DNA of 64,000 bases from an uncultured bacterium (GTDB lineage: Bacteria; Omnitrophota; Omnitrophia; Omnitrophales; Aquincolibacteriaceae), in NCBI GenBank assembly GCA_964420575.1, contig CAYQTU010000002.1, forward strand, positions 18,534-82,533, written 5' to 3'. Each line of letters starts with the position of its first letter. Within the stretch, counting starts at the first letter, position 1. Below are positions 22,901 through 30,062 of the stretch, piece after piece. The translations under genes were made by a program, and so were the position numbers. The notes below the pieces were generated by a model that saw nothing but the letters and a program-made list of their open reading frames with translations, was not told where the DNA came from and searched no databases.

Positions 22901-25900
22901 TTCAAGGTTCCCGACCGCGAAATTCATTCTTGGGTGGCACACGAACCCCGGAGGAGAGCCCGCGCTTCACTCCGAAGAAGAAAACGAGATAATCCGTTCC
23001 AATGTCGAAGGCTTCCAGCTTGTCGCGAGCCCAAAGGGTATTTCTCTTGTCAGGTATTACAAAGAGGGAGAAGCATGGAAGAAAAGAACCCTTTTCACGA
23101 AAACACTGAATGAGGATTGGGCGAGCGATCTTGAAGCGGCGTTACAGGCGGAACTGGACGACAACGTTAATTTCTCGGCATCCGGGTTCCAGTTAAAGCT
23201 GGAGGACCGGAAGCTTCTTGACGTGGCTCTTGAGGAAGGCTCCAAATCCGCGTCACGGAACATCAAACCCGAGATCGAAAGACTACGATTTGACCTGACC
23301 ACTTATTACGAACTTGTGCCGGAGTCGCTACTCTCGTTTATTCAAGATTCGGATTTTAAGCTTGTCGTGGTTCGTCCCAAAACCCCAAGGGGAGAAAGAG
23401 CGCCTCCCATGGGTCTTGGCGTGTATCTCGGAAAACCGGGGCGTGATGTGTTCGCATCATTCAACGTCGCTCCGAAGGAAGACGCGGATGGTTTCGATGT
23501 CACAATTTATGTTGGAAATGGTATTTACGAACTTGCCGGTGAAAAAGAACGCCTTGAAATCATCGCGCACGAGCTTTATCAAGCTTTTAAGGTTGTCAGC
23601 GCCCAAAATCCAAGGAAATATCAGGCTGACATCGATCTTGAGATCAAGATCGATCAGGAAATCCGAAACGCCGAAGCGTGGGAGGCCCGGATTCCGAATG
23701 AGGAACGAGCGGACCTCGGTTTGATCGGCGGCGTGGCGAATAGAACGAACGCGCATGTCCGGGCCCGCGCATTTGCCCGGTTGCTTGGTTCAAAAAGCTC
23801 GGACGGTGTCGGGACGACTTATACCGCGCTTCTCAGGAACGCATGGGCGCTTGCCCGTAGGTTCTCAGGGAACGTTTCTCAAGAGGATACTCTAAATCCC
23901 GTTCCGCCCGTTTCTCACGATGCGTTTCGTTATACCCAGGACAGTTATCAGAATGTGGTGAGCCCGGAAAGTCTCAAGACTCTTTTTGAGATGAGCGCCT
24001 ACGTTCATGAGAACAAAGAAGAAGACCTCCTTCAATTTTTAGATCGAAAGATCGAGGATGGGAAACGCGTTCTTCTTTTCAACACGAACGCTCCGACCCC
24101 TTGGATTTTGAAGGACCTCAGGAAGATCGTCGAAGGTCTTTCCGCGGAAGGGAAACTCGGGACGCTTTATATCGATTTGCCGCCCGAAAGCCAGCGCTTA
24201 ATCGATGAATTTTTGCGGACCGGGCAAAGCTCCGAGAAACTTTCGAAAATTCTCGCGACCCGTTTCCCGGTCTTTCTCCCGCGCGAGTTTCAAAGACCCG
24301 ATTTGTACGAAAATCTTCTGCGCGCGGTTTACGAATTCAATCTTGAGGCGCGTGATTCGCAGAAAATAAAGGTGGTTGCTTATTACCGGGGCCGGATGCT
24401 TCCGTCCATGCCGGGACCGGGACAGGTTCCAGGCCGGCCGGGCAATGTTCCGCAGCCACCCGCTGGGTTCCCATTTGGGAACGCCGGTGAAAACGAGTTT
24501 CCCGCCGTGATGCCGCGGATGAACGAGCTGCCGTTCGCTCAAGGGATGTCTCTTCCTCCGCTTCCGCTTACGCCGGGGGTGAGAGAAGCGTTTAGCAGCG
24601 CTCTCTCTGAAGCCGGGAGGAATCAAGGGATTGCAATATTCATAAAACCTTTGGATGAGTTTCTGCCGGAGGATCTTGTCAGGAATCCGGAAGTCGCTTC
24701 CATTCTTCAGATCGATAAATACACAGGATTCGGTCCTGAGAAACCCGAGAATAAACTCGCGCTTTATATGTCGGAGCAAGCCTCTCCGAACCAGAAATCC
24801 TTCGCACTTCCCATTGGTTCGGAAGCGCCGTTCTATGAGGAATCCATTAATCCCGGCCTTCCTGGAGGAATGCGTTTTAATGAGTTTAACGCGTACCCGG
24901 ACCTGATCCTGAGCACGGCGGGAGACGGAGAAGATACGTTTGAACCCACTCCCGACGAGCTTGTTCCCGACGAAATCGCGCCGCTTGTTCCGGTAGGGAG
25001 CCGTTCCGAACTCAGGTTGCAAACGACACCGGCCGCTATAAAAGCTCTTCATGAAAGAAAAGCGGCCATTCGTGAGCTTTCGCGGATCGGGGAGCCTGCT
25101 GTGGGTCCTTTGATCGAGGCTCTCAATTTCCCGAGCGTATCTGTGCAACTGGGCGCAATCCAAGCGCTTGGCGCGATTGGAAGCGCGCGGGCCGTGAACC
25201 CCATAAACCATGTTGCCCAGGCCGCCGCATTAAAAGACGCGGCTCGGCTCGCGGTCGAGGAGATAAAAAGCAAGACGCCCGTGCCATCGAAGCGGGAACC
25301 GAACCATCATCAGCCGGTTCCTCAAATCCCGTCCGGGCGTTCCATTTATTCTTCCTTTAACAGTACTCGTTCCGACGAATTTATCCGTGTTCTTTTGAAA
25401 GCCGCTCCGATTGCCCTTGATATCGATGCCGAGACATTGATCCGGAAAGAACACGGGCGACTTTCTCTTTCCGGCTGGGGATTCGTGGAAGCCATTAAGT
25501 CTCTTGAGCGGAAACTTCCGGACGAGCTTTTGGGGCGGATACAGATCCGTGTGATCAATCTGAATCCCGAACTTCGCGAGGAAGAGATTCGGCGCGCGTT
25601 TGGAATCACGCCGGAACTTCAGAGCCTGATCCGGATCGAGAATGTGCCCGTCCGCCACCGCGCGTTTAAAGGTCTTGGAAATTTCCTCGAGAAAACAGCG
25701 CTTAAGATCGGTTCTGAGAAAAACCAGGCGCTTTGGAAAGACAGTCTCGACATTCTGGTGGAGAACCCGCGGCCAAGCGAAGTAATCGACGGCAGAAAGC
25801 TGTTCCTTACGGCGCTGCTTCATAAAACGCTTCGTTCCAGGATTTCGGAGGCTCTGAAAGCCGTCGTCGTCCGGTTGCTTCACGAACTCGGGGAAAGCTC

Positions 25901-26006
25901 GTTCATGGCCCCGGTTCATTTCAGTTCCGAGAACCGGAGCGCGCTTGGCCTTGAGTTTGTCGCGGAGCTGGACCGGGTCAATAAGCTTCTGGCGACAATG
26001 GCATAG
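10989..26006 (+). CDS. giant 5005-aa secreted/membrane-anchored multidomain protein
   Basis: Single uninterrupted frame of 15,018 nt; GTG start. N-terminal signal-peptide-like MKTIGWLRFRFAFRLISLVLILSLISSDILWANP. Several internal TM helices; Pro-rich linkers; a triplicated ~170-aa module with G-x-S-x-DCT / DPxF / NGxWVGNxYV motifs; coiled-coil of ~680 aa; C-terminal HEAT/PBS-lyase-like repeats (PAVGPLIEALN...VQLGAIQALGAIGSARAV). Minus-strand ORFs inside are short. Confidence 0.8.
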   Translation: MKTIGWLRFRFAFRLISLVLILSLISSDILWANPVSMVPSAGQSVYSPGTGLEGFARLNESTRSDQKDKSPIIYHIQDAHAVFEAQQNLAKIVEALIQKEGIDLVLVEGGAGNVSLTSLRSLAWKKVRKRVGESFLRQGKITGEEFLELSSDYPFELYGIEDPALYRQNLDVFLSGISKKEKLSKELGRLDSAFSSLESSIYPSRFRDLEELRLAWRFGKGDFQVYLNTLRKLINESKVPAHDLLEWRKLGNSETVRSIDAEKFLKEINVLESRLRESLLNTQAKRLWRAQEHLRLLGRLFSFELTSDEYALLNGQQHFDLKKTGADIERLIQDSVHLRKSFAFLRSEFPEFLKFYDLARKRDKAFIKNINSILREKRERKVILITGGFHSKHLGALLKEEGISRILISPEITGASKNIDSDYAKILRAKSKSTLRAPATLGSPFYPELKITLGREQAKELGGHIKQLISLLNVDHLMAPAASKSVLLRSELRMELFNHLGTFFALSNNGTAVHWIVIGSAGILGIGILAFLLSKWKKKHKATHQNPVLLADSEYSSDTELSSDENNADEAFANFEATLGHAATPAQAFAFESGRFFGSSFPVASQDQHLPPPPQELPLPVPLNAIPADLDQKGKTVFVLREVLQAMETMDSTMRGHQKESAERAIRRVVSEGDGTLDHRRFRQYLEEDIHQFFGTIFREMQKLSTTHRETGNYQVSEEIEKAFPRFPRYVKSILSENPGLSEDVEVRGLMNRISAKLGARPPVAEDLGDYVERSFSRIMEERAQTRMPVLPVVETPKPAPKKTVDLGRIQGQLRDVQRMRERFEADQISLHVELTQLETEYRELQESMEDARQKNDTVIQEALGPSIDAYESRIQLLRHNDGEIKDRLRQIKGEEAKLSEELDEATGRSELREFLSFPIVFSSLGTGLLMLTALYLTKINRAIHRIRELTVKSGRSWPFTWKQVFDETVHLKKEEKLSIFDGTSEPPAQGFAGFGVFLGWVIGGWALYQAYHGWGWNTAKILRGEGDSAFTFGGLLWCLEIFAAPIVGAIVAPFLAFLGTIAINRGRMIARILKFPFDYEKVLELHLSDFHAYHQPFLKKAARFLSHMKSSTLETILRGWFDRGEDEKLKAVLEKNVWSGENYALIARFRDEFGLKEAKKALFTAAGEEFGGRLLQIIDTFKAGLIAKKVSGAGILKDVILEVLKTEKEKHMATYWMTQLMSDPATPWNAGFDKVKAYYAVRKRVDVLKTDAAKKFGLDKEDLAQVDAHIGKWRERILAPENKVTEPSWVWSLISELLGKIIARSSTKVWFMHILEKSHSLNAPFFAPARQRELLSRLDWLINYEIAKSDVWASASESEKSVLLSEMTSLEAFLKENGVDYSIALPDTFTKIKALSAPERIMVLRAFRGLNPSVYKKDPQAAGRAFQLLADKEILRGRLAANNGSAGSIRELEARLAVQTPEDIQTLKSCYGVLAEKADAKAQGVLLALAARAPPAVLPVFLKSSDHLVSYYAAHPKGRDYDNLPLLADEYRKRYGSLFSLNGILLNILTDPSKPQAVRIEEAGKTIAGQVLVRMGFPENTIGVWDSVSPEEIIHAVGYEVLRYSEEKKSDDEEKRSYFSPEEIRGEGERFLPARTRNPVVRKALEKMGRFGLYSHWESARPAYYLQFLEDTKGLDPEFFKPGEKVRASYDGEFVSPRRAGSLAPIKDPIQTMKGLIRNLRDRYPNIYDNFIGPKREILAGKPLEDFITDEKSLMSVAGQFRKKVADWPLSEDERVEMMILIYQVAFSSSLQPVLGKSSETEETRYWQDTLKAFQSASGLKKQSELYRNVTARIKKRIDELIEEAGAGREGVVQFVLTRGSVSDFFRGEISEDCTSELWNMHFTDTVGLPTDPAFLSFRLVENGRWIGNAYAIVLKDSSGKFIFYLDNIPVMLRHPATTVQVKSDKLIQNFFKQLKPVLENAGFDYFVIANDPSSRANLRTSIKALGGSAETKTVTKPGGFGGQSEFGVSSEYIQGLGTLSSSISAAGTWITLDNRSAQAQKSKAELTALEKQIQAMEEDRKRLAALKAEKTGRANHLKTVLQTISQGSKRATAQALNEAAQKEELEAERLSIETRTLEEQVKAVRGRLTGLRNEVAQRSELRMPALLAQSLFPDLSPGLLLFGLCALLFGGLIVILIIDWYSEQVKRDEEYTRSLERHSDDFRYTLRPINETPGWMKHPLVVEVGELFKTVLANVSAEIRELVPHRIFLPIMGWSMDLSKEVVNVLSTARIVLLALKEKGSLIPFLKEQPYYQKFKEEASALGLDPEFDKPGLVSEFELSRHNGTKISFALEVSERTADDLLRGDISRDCTGLGAHAAFYETIPQFLLDPGFIDLKLRMHGRWVGNVYVIAMKREGKPVLVIDAVQLHPSFVLWPIRPATIADEAVKQVTEWAKTKNFQAVYMSRFISNFFYLYDHFDPKYPPQKTEIEKLGGFKHLKALGLWDADTRRNQYIETFSPHWNEPLRVDANSAHQTLLLRPIWSAEAPARSEMRTDKVWDLDGFHFEVPESDLKGLRGVEAEKESKNQNLLLRALASKELGLSAALKEAVLDPATKIRVRIHDETKTERIYKFIIVRPDGRRNFILEINPRGGKFHPYTEELNLVDTALMTATDSTGEVDLRDIFTKFGEPPDPKLHVIPSFGTLYAQEIHKHGYVDQGMKIFDLTIKDHPTPSIRIATKAKNASEFSGAKVIYDFNWQKTPYVLAVYSPGAEVSLSEPSTPIPSETVVVEAPVKAEAPEDLSPVSVPEPPEPETPEPAAAVAQSAGTAGVLGAGAAFIKAILAKKRESLFKASIQKIERIGSDILGIARKAKEAVETAVEPSDLDRLEAELASSASAIDEGLAKLEAEVAKYKDGSKERTELDALKQKISGEIEALKEADIAREAAVQATDDHAKAEEISQALAEESRKLTALKSQTDKAREELERLEQKTRDFTTQEKKRNDLLKTVEELSARIRGEEETLAALSEKTTQAERDLEVKRSQGETLARELASQESRLKALQADQEQARTELTEILSKLKSAKRRASDLARKTKQLEEISRKTEEKDRKLSAKNDELSKADQALTEKQRSLQALDETLAARGREIAALEEKAAGLRTETEALERRKETLSKSTEELGTMQSEVSAAEAELSGIRKQYEDAKAEYERVLALSREERGNLATIQAELSKAQEAAQAMETKLSDLKEQERKREALLRQIAEAERELEVKAASLKEINAELLKLDSKKTEQIQDSEKTDSEIAAKAAELTQVKAETAKLQSDLETLRGNIASLLGDIEAKKREAAALEEEKVRLLGEAKSIEEKNREIEEARRKLEAEQAERTKAEQALAEEQRKASDTAQGLKTVGERLKQTVRDIADRETKIAGLTSEVETEKAKTRQAEAGKSQAEAEREQLEADLTHAQQEKNVLEEALRQAQKTSKATGTTDSVLEGRESLEALLSELPESLWQLLGRHFPGQHQTSFQLTVSSVANELANAWSRSPFFRRIIKNLVLYRSLYVWLQKQPFYREFKKEAEKLGVKSDFDKPGEWIRFNIPGDSEGYSLELSKRDAEYLLRGFMSGDCTNCGPGYVTGSFLTATASHIVDPGFFNFKILRNGEWVGNVYVMAIREKNKPVLVIDAMQIPWQSASPLFIPFDLSQSKFPIVSEKDAITLADAVIRALSEYSSKAGFQELWLSSFVSNFSALKHHFYGANQDEFDKRVTGEAKIGGWSALKALGYEGHPYVESIGNPEAKKVWEAEEVPPPTQVEPPKVTPSTPEQPVKGTQNIKGLVQQIRESVMFSYGNIVPRGMEFVVKAPGAGVRWIAFDETANEWRLYEKANGRTESYPLFEIGSGVRQQSGTLNLSVIAVERGGKRIPVIRFLMLPPIKPGILETHVEEGGAIFEESGEMKVMPFTKKGFIVDDSRGAFFVHPGGDQGLDSKENISLPLSNHYDVSRSRFPTAKFILGWHTNPGGEPALHSEEENEIIRSNVEGFQLVASPKGISLVRYYKEGEAWKKRTLFTKTLNEDWASDLEAALQAELDDNVNFSASGFQLKLEDRKLLDVALEEGSKSASRNIKPEIERLRFDLTTYYELVPESLLSFIQDSDFKLVVVRPKTPRGERAPPMGLGVYLGKPGRDVFASFNVAPKEDADGFDVTIYVGNGIYELAGEKERLEIIAHELYQAFKVVSAQNPRKYQADIDLEIKIDQEIRNAEAWEARIPNEERADLGLIGGVANRTNAHVRARAFARLLGSKSSDGVGTTYTALLRNAWALARRFSGNVSQEDTLNPVPPVSHDAFRYTQDSYQNVVSPESLKTLFEMSAYVHENKEEDLLQFLDRKIEDGKRVLLFNTNAPTPWILKDLRKIVEGLSAEGKLGTLYIDLPPESQRLIDEFLRTGQSSEKLSKILATRFPVFLPREFQRPDLYENLLRAVYEFNLEARDSQKIKVVAYYRGRMLPSMPGPGQVPGRPGNVPQPPAGFPFGNAGENEFPAVMPRMNELPFAQGMSLPPLPLTPGVREAFSSALSEAGRNQGIAIFIKPLDEFLPEDLVRNPEVASILQIDKYTGFGPEKPENKLALYMSEQASPNQKSFALPIGSEAPFYEESINPGLPGGMRFNEFNAYPDLILSTAGDGEDTFEPTPDELVPDEIAPLVPVGSRSELRLQTTPAAIKALHERKAAIRELSRIGEPAVGPLIEALNFPSVSVQLGAIQALGAIGSARAVNPINHVAQAAALKDAARLAVEEIKSKTPVPSKREPNHHQPVPQIPSGRSIYSSFNSTRSDEFIRVLLKAAPIALDIDAETLIRKEHGRLSLSGWGFVEAIKSLERKLPDELLGRIQIRVINLNPELREEEIRRAFGITPELQSLIRIENVPVRHRAFKGLGNFLEKTALKIGSEKNQALWKDSLDILVENPRPSEVIDGRKLFLTALLHKTLRSRISEALKAVVVRLLHELGESSFMAPVHFSSENRSALGLEFVAELDRVNKLLATMA

Positions 26007-26018
26007 GAAAGGGATGAC

Positions 26019-27824
26019 ATGATTACCATGGAGAAGAAGAAACCGGAGAATGGTATTTCTGAGGAAGATAAGATCTATTTAAACGTTATCGAGAAAGCGG
26101 CTTTTGAAGGGTTTGCGAAACTCATCGATCCGGTCACGGAATTCCCGGTGGATATTGCGTCCGTTACGGGCGGGAATCTCGAATGGGATTATAAAAATCC
26201 GTATCGCAGCAAAACCTCTCCCACCAATATCGCGCTTGGATTCTTGTATGTATTGCTCGCTTGCGAAAGAGGCTTTATCAGTTGGGTAAAGACATACGAA
26301 CACGCGCTTCGGATGTTTGGGATGCTCAGGCTTTTGGAAACGTTCGAAGGATTTCATTACAACTGGTATTACCTAAACGGGAAAAGCGAGACGGTGCCTG
26401 TCGTGACGTATAACCGTTTTATCTCGTCGGTAGATAACGGCAACCTCGATATTGCGCTTATGATCGTCGCGGAATATTTCAAGAACTCGACTCTCGCGAA
26501 AAAAATACATAAACTGCTTGTAAACAGGGACTACCGTTTCTTTTTTGATAAGAACCCGAGCCGGCCGGGAAATCAAATGATAAGCGTGGGGTTTGACGCA
26601 CGGAAGGAGCAGTTCACTCCCTCCGATTACTCGGTTTTTAATACAGAAGCGCGAATGATGGTTCTGCTTTCGGTTTTGAAGGACCATGTTCCGGAATCCG
26701 CGTGGAAAAAACAATCTAGGCTTGTACGTACTTACAAAACCACGGAAGGAGAAATTATTCCAGTCGTGGCTCCTTGGGGCGGCAATCTCTTTGAAGGACT
26801 CTTTGCGGATGAACTGATTGGGGGAGATAGAATTGCGCCGAAAGCGTTTCTTTCGAATGCGCTTAATTTAATCAAAATCCATCAGGATTACGGGAAACGA
26901 ATCTCGGAATCCGGGATTTGGGGGATCTCAAATGGGGAAGTGCCGGGAGAGGATCGTTACGAGATGGCGGGAGTAAGAGACATTGCTTACAGCCAGTTCC
27001 CCGGCGAGTTCGTTACACCGTACTCGACTTTTCTTGCGCTTAAATACGATACCGCTGCTGCCATAGAAAATTTGAGGAAGATGGAAGAGCTGAATCCCGA
27101 TAGCTTTAACCGGAATTTCGGGTTTGTCGATTCCCTCGATCCCAAGACCGGCGTAATTAACCGAAACATTCTGAGCCTTGATAAAGGAATGGAATGTTTG
27201 GCGCTTGGGAATTTCCTGAACGCTATGGATGGAAAGAAAAGGACTTCCGATTATTTCCAGGATTATTTGAAAAACTGTCTTTGGCGCGAGAAAGCGGAAA
27301 AACTTTTGAAGGATGAAGAACGCCATCCTTCGTTTCAGGCGCTATCGGTTACGGGAAAACGCACGAAAAGAATCCAAGCGTCCTTTGTGATCTATATCCT
27401 TGGCCTTGAACGGGAGATCGTATCTTTTAAGGGCGAGGGAAAAGCGAAGGCCGAGTTTGAAATCGTTGGAAATCAAAGCAATAAAACACTGTGTGTGCTC
27501 TATGACGTCAGTGAGCGGTATTCTTTCTCGGGGATCTCACTTCGGATGACGGAAATTGGCATCGAACCTTTTGAGAATCTTCTTTTTACAATAAAAGGCA
27601 ATGAAAGACTCGGGATTCCAAAAACCATAAAAGTGGATCTCAAATGGAAAGGCGAGCTGATTCAATTCGGACATTTTCCAATAACGAAAGACTGGACCAC
27701 TGCGAGCCTTTCTTGTCCCTCGTATCCGAAGAGGCTGGATGAAATCTCCTTTGTCTTTGAGAATTCGGCAGTGGGAGACGATTTAAGTGGGGAGATTTAT
27801 ATACAAGCGCTGGCTTTGAAATGA
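26019..27824 (+). CDS. putative glycoside-hydrolase-like protein (six-hairpin / glucoamylase- or DUF3131-like)
   Basis: 601 aa; motifs SPTNIALGFLYVLLACERGFISW, GFHYNWYYLNG, GFVDSLDPKTG...LSLDKGMECLALGNFLNAM reminiscent of (alpha/alpha)6-barrel glycosidases; family assignment untested. Confidence 0.4.
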   Translation: MITMEKKKPENGISEEDKIYLNVIEKAAFEGFAKLIDPVTEFPVDIASVTGGNLEWDYKNPYRSKTSPTNIALGFLYVLLACERGFISWVKTYEHALRMFGMLRLLETFEGFHYNWYYLNGKSETVPVVTYNRFISSVDNGNLDIALMIVAEYFKNSTLAKKIHKLLVNRDYRFFFDKNPSRPGNQMISVGFDARKEQFTPSDYSVFNTEARMMVLLSVLKDHVPESAWKKQSRLVRTYKTTEGEIIPVVAPWGGNLFEGLFADELIGGDRIAPKAFLSNALNLIKIHQDYGKRISESGIWGISNGEVPGEDRYEMAGVRDIAYSQFPGEFVTPYSTFLALKYDTAAAIENLRKMEELNPDSFNRNFGFVDSLDPKTGVINRNILSLDKGMECLALGNFLNAMDGKKRTSDYFQDYLKNCLWREKAEKLLKDEERHPSFQALSVTGKRTKRIQASFVIYILGLEREIVSFKGEGKAKAEFEIVGNQSNKTLCVLYDVSERYSFSGISLRMTEIGIEPFENLLFTIKGNERLGIPKTIKVDLKWKGELIQFGHFPITKDWTTASLSCPSYPKRLDEISFVFENSAVGDDLSGEIYIQALALK

Positions 27825-27990
27825 GCGCGCGGAACTTGTAAACACGGCAAGATAGTTCAAAAGATCGTCCTCAATGCAGAACGCTAAAAATTACAAGAGC
27901 CGGGAGGGGAAAGGCGGATGCTTATTTCGATGAATAAGTTCATTTTTCGGGTTCGAAAATTGATGAATTCATCACTGATCTCGACGGGGT

Positions 27991-28230
27991 TTAACCTTCT
28001 TCTTCCATCTTTTTTAGTAATTCCCATTTCAAAAGGCCAAGGCTTTTCGCGATCAGTCCGATTTTATGCAAGGTGACCGACGCCTCGCCTCGTTCTATTC
28101 TCCCTTGATAACTGCGGTCCACACCTACATGATCGGCGAACGCCTCCTGGCTGAATCGTTTCTCGATTCGTAGCTTCCGGACGGTGCTTCCAAACTTTCT
28201 TTCTTCTTCACCCACGTTCCTTCTTTTCAT
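27991..28230 (-). CDS. XRE-family HTH transcriptional regulator
   Basis: VRKLRIEKRFSQEAFADHVGVDRSYQGRIERGEASVTLHKIGLIAKSLG is a canonical Cro/C1-type HTH. Confidence 0.8.
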   Translation of the reverse strand: MKRRNVGEEERKFGSTVRKLRIEKRFSQEAFADHVGVDRSYQGRIERGEASVTLHKIGLIAKSLGLLKWELLKKMEEEG

Positions 28231-28267
28231 AGCGTGTATGGTGAGCGAATGTTTTATTTATGTCCAC

Positions 28268-28325
28268 GGACTATAATCCTTCATGTTGCAGGAAGGTTTG
28301 CGGGATCACATCAAGGACTATAATC
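28268..28325. promoter_or_regulatory. two direct copies of GGACTATAATCC in divergent XRE/LacI intergenic region
   Basis: GGACTATAATCC at 28268-28279 and 28314-28325; each contains a TATAAT -10 hexamer; located between minus-strand XRE gene and plus-strand LacI gene. Confidence 0.5.
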
Positions 28326-28389
28326 CGTTGAAAATACGTAATAAACACGTTACTTTTTATTTATCGTTACTAAGTCAGCGAGGATTGAT

Positions 28390-29475
28390 ATGAGCGAAGA
28401 ATCGAGATTTCAAAGCCCGAAAAAAAGACCATCGATGAAAGACGTGGCCCGCGAGGCTGGCGTTTCAACGATGAGCGTAACCCGCTTCCTGAACACCCGG
28501 AAGCGAATGGAACTAAGTCCCGAAACGCGGGCGAGGATTGAGCTTGCAATCCAGAAACTCGCGTATGCGCCGAGTCCTTTCGCGAGGAAGCGAAACGCCC
28601 GGGAAAAATACACCTTCGGGTTATTAACCTCTCTGTCCAAAGAGATCATGAAATCCGGCTATCACATGGGAATCCTGGGCGGGATCGTGGATCGGGTATT
28701 TCAGACGGGGCATGCGATCAAGTTCTTTCATTACGCGAATCGTCCTTATGAAAGGCTGGAAGAAATCCTTTATGAGCAGGGGGTGGACGGTCTTCTTATC
28801 ATCACCTGGAGAATGGAACCCTCGCTTGTGCGGCTCGTTGGGAAAAGCCCGGTCGATCTGCCTCTTATTATTTTCAATGATTATACTGAAGAACTTAAAA
28901 CCAATATTCTTTATACAGACGTTCGGACCGGCATGAAAACCGCCGTTTCATATCTCGTGAGCAAAGGGTATTCGAAAATCGGTCTGATCAAAGCTCCGTC
29001 TGAACTTCTTTTCCAAAACGGAGGTGAATCCGAGATGCTTCCCTCCATGGATATTCAGGAAAAACACAAAGGGTTTCTTGCCGCTTTAAAGGAATACTCT
29101 CTTTTAAAGAAACAGTCCTGGATCCGGGAATGTCCGACTTATAAAGAATCGGACGCTTATACCGTGATGAAAAAATGGATTCAGACGGGAAATCTTCCCG
29201 AGGCCATTATTTGCACGAATGACGAGATGGCCTTAGGCGCGCTAAAGGCCTTAAAAGAGGCGAAACTCTGGTGCCCTGAGAAGATCGCTCTCATGGGTTT
29301 TGACGATATTGACCGGGGCCGATGCATTTCTCCGTCGCTTACGACGATGCGTCAGCCGCTTCATCAGATGGGCTCTGACGCTGTGGATTCATTGATTGAC
29401 CGGATCCAGTTCCCGGAGCATAAACCAATCCAGAAGCGATACGACGCGGAACTGGTTCCCAGGCAAACGGCATAG
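28390..29475 (+). CDS. LacI-family transcriptional regulator
   Basis: N-terminal HTH MKDVAREAGVSTMSVTRFLN plus periplasmic-binding-protein-like sugar-binding core; 361 aa. Confidence 0.9.
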   Translation: MSEESRFQSPKKRPSMKDVAREAGVSTMSVTRFLNTRKRMELSPETRARIELAIQKLAYAPSPFARKRNAREKYTFGLLTSLSKEIMKSGYHMGILGGIVDRVFQTGHAIKFFHYANRPYERLEEILYEQGVDGLLIITWRMEPSLVRLVGKSPVDLPLIIFNDYTEELKTNILYTDVRTGMKTAVSYLVSKGYSKIGLIKAPSELLFQNGGESEMLPSMDIQEKHKGFLAALKEYSLLKKQSWIRECPTYKESDAYTVMKKWIQTGNLPEAIICTNDEMALGALKALKEAKLWCPEKIALMGFDDIDRGRCISPSLTTMRQPLHQMGSDAVDSLIDRIQFPEHKPIQKRYDAELVPRQTA

Positions 29476-29600
29476 CAGTTTTTTCAAAGTGTCTTGTTCT
29501 ATAAAATTTTAACAGGAGTTATTGGCGTCAAGCCGGAAGGTGTCACCGTAAGTGAATTGCGTTGCGGGACTACCTGGAGATTCCGAGGAGGTATCCGTGA

Positions 29601-30002
29601 ATGACCGCGGATGCAAGGATAGAAAACTCAATACGAAAACAAGAGCTGAAAGGCGGTTTTGGATTGGAGCGTTGCGCGAACCCGAACTGCTCGCAGGTGC
29701 TTTATGAGAAATCCCAGGCTTACTGGAAGCACGCTCCCCGCAGGATGGTTTGCGGTGAATGCGAAAGGGACGTCATATTCCAGGGCACGGCATTCGCATC
29801 GAGCAACATGGGCGAGATTATTTATGTGTATTGGTGTGATTTCTGCAAAAGCGAATATCACGTGCGTATCCCTCTCGTGAAAAAATTCTGTTCCGTTTGC
29901 AAAATCGAATGGTACAAAAGCCGTAGTTTTCATTTGAGGGCCCCGCTTCCTCCTCACGATCCATCGTCCATCTCCTGCGCTCCTGCCACGATCATCGGTT
30001 GA
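29601..30002 (+). CDS. hypothetical double zinc-ribbon protein
   Basis: Four CxxC pairs (CANPNC, CGEC, CDFC, CSVC). Confidence 0.45.
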   Translation: MTADARIENSIRKQELKGGFGLERCANPNCSQVLYEKSQAYWKHAPRRMVCGECERDVIFQGTAFASSNMGEIIYVYWCDFCKSEYHVRIPLVKKFCSVCKIEWYKSRSFHLRAPLPPHDPSSISCAPATIIG

Positions 30003-30062
30003 TGGCTTAGTCGCGCTCGGTCAACCCCTTAATCCGCTAACCGTTAATTTTTTCCAAGCCAT

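Noticed and set aside
23500-23600. HExxH-like metalloprotease motif in megaprotein (IAHELYQAF)
   Set aside because: Fifth position is Gln, not His; no downstream Glu/His third ligand context.
24198-25919. Minus-strand ORFs of 337 and 229 aa inside the megaprotein gene
   Set aside because: Fully embedded antisense to a 15-kb uninterrupted frame; Arg/Ser-rich low-complexity translations typical of antisense GC-rich coding DNA.
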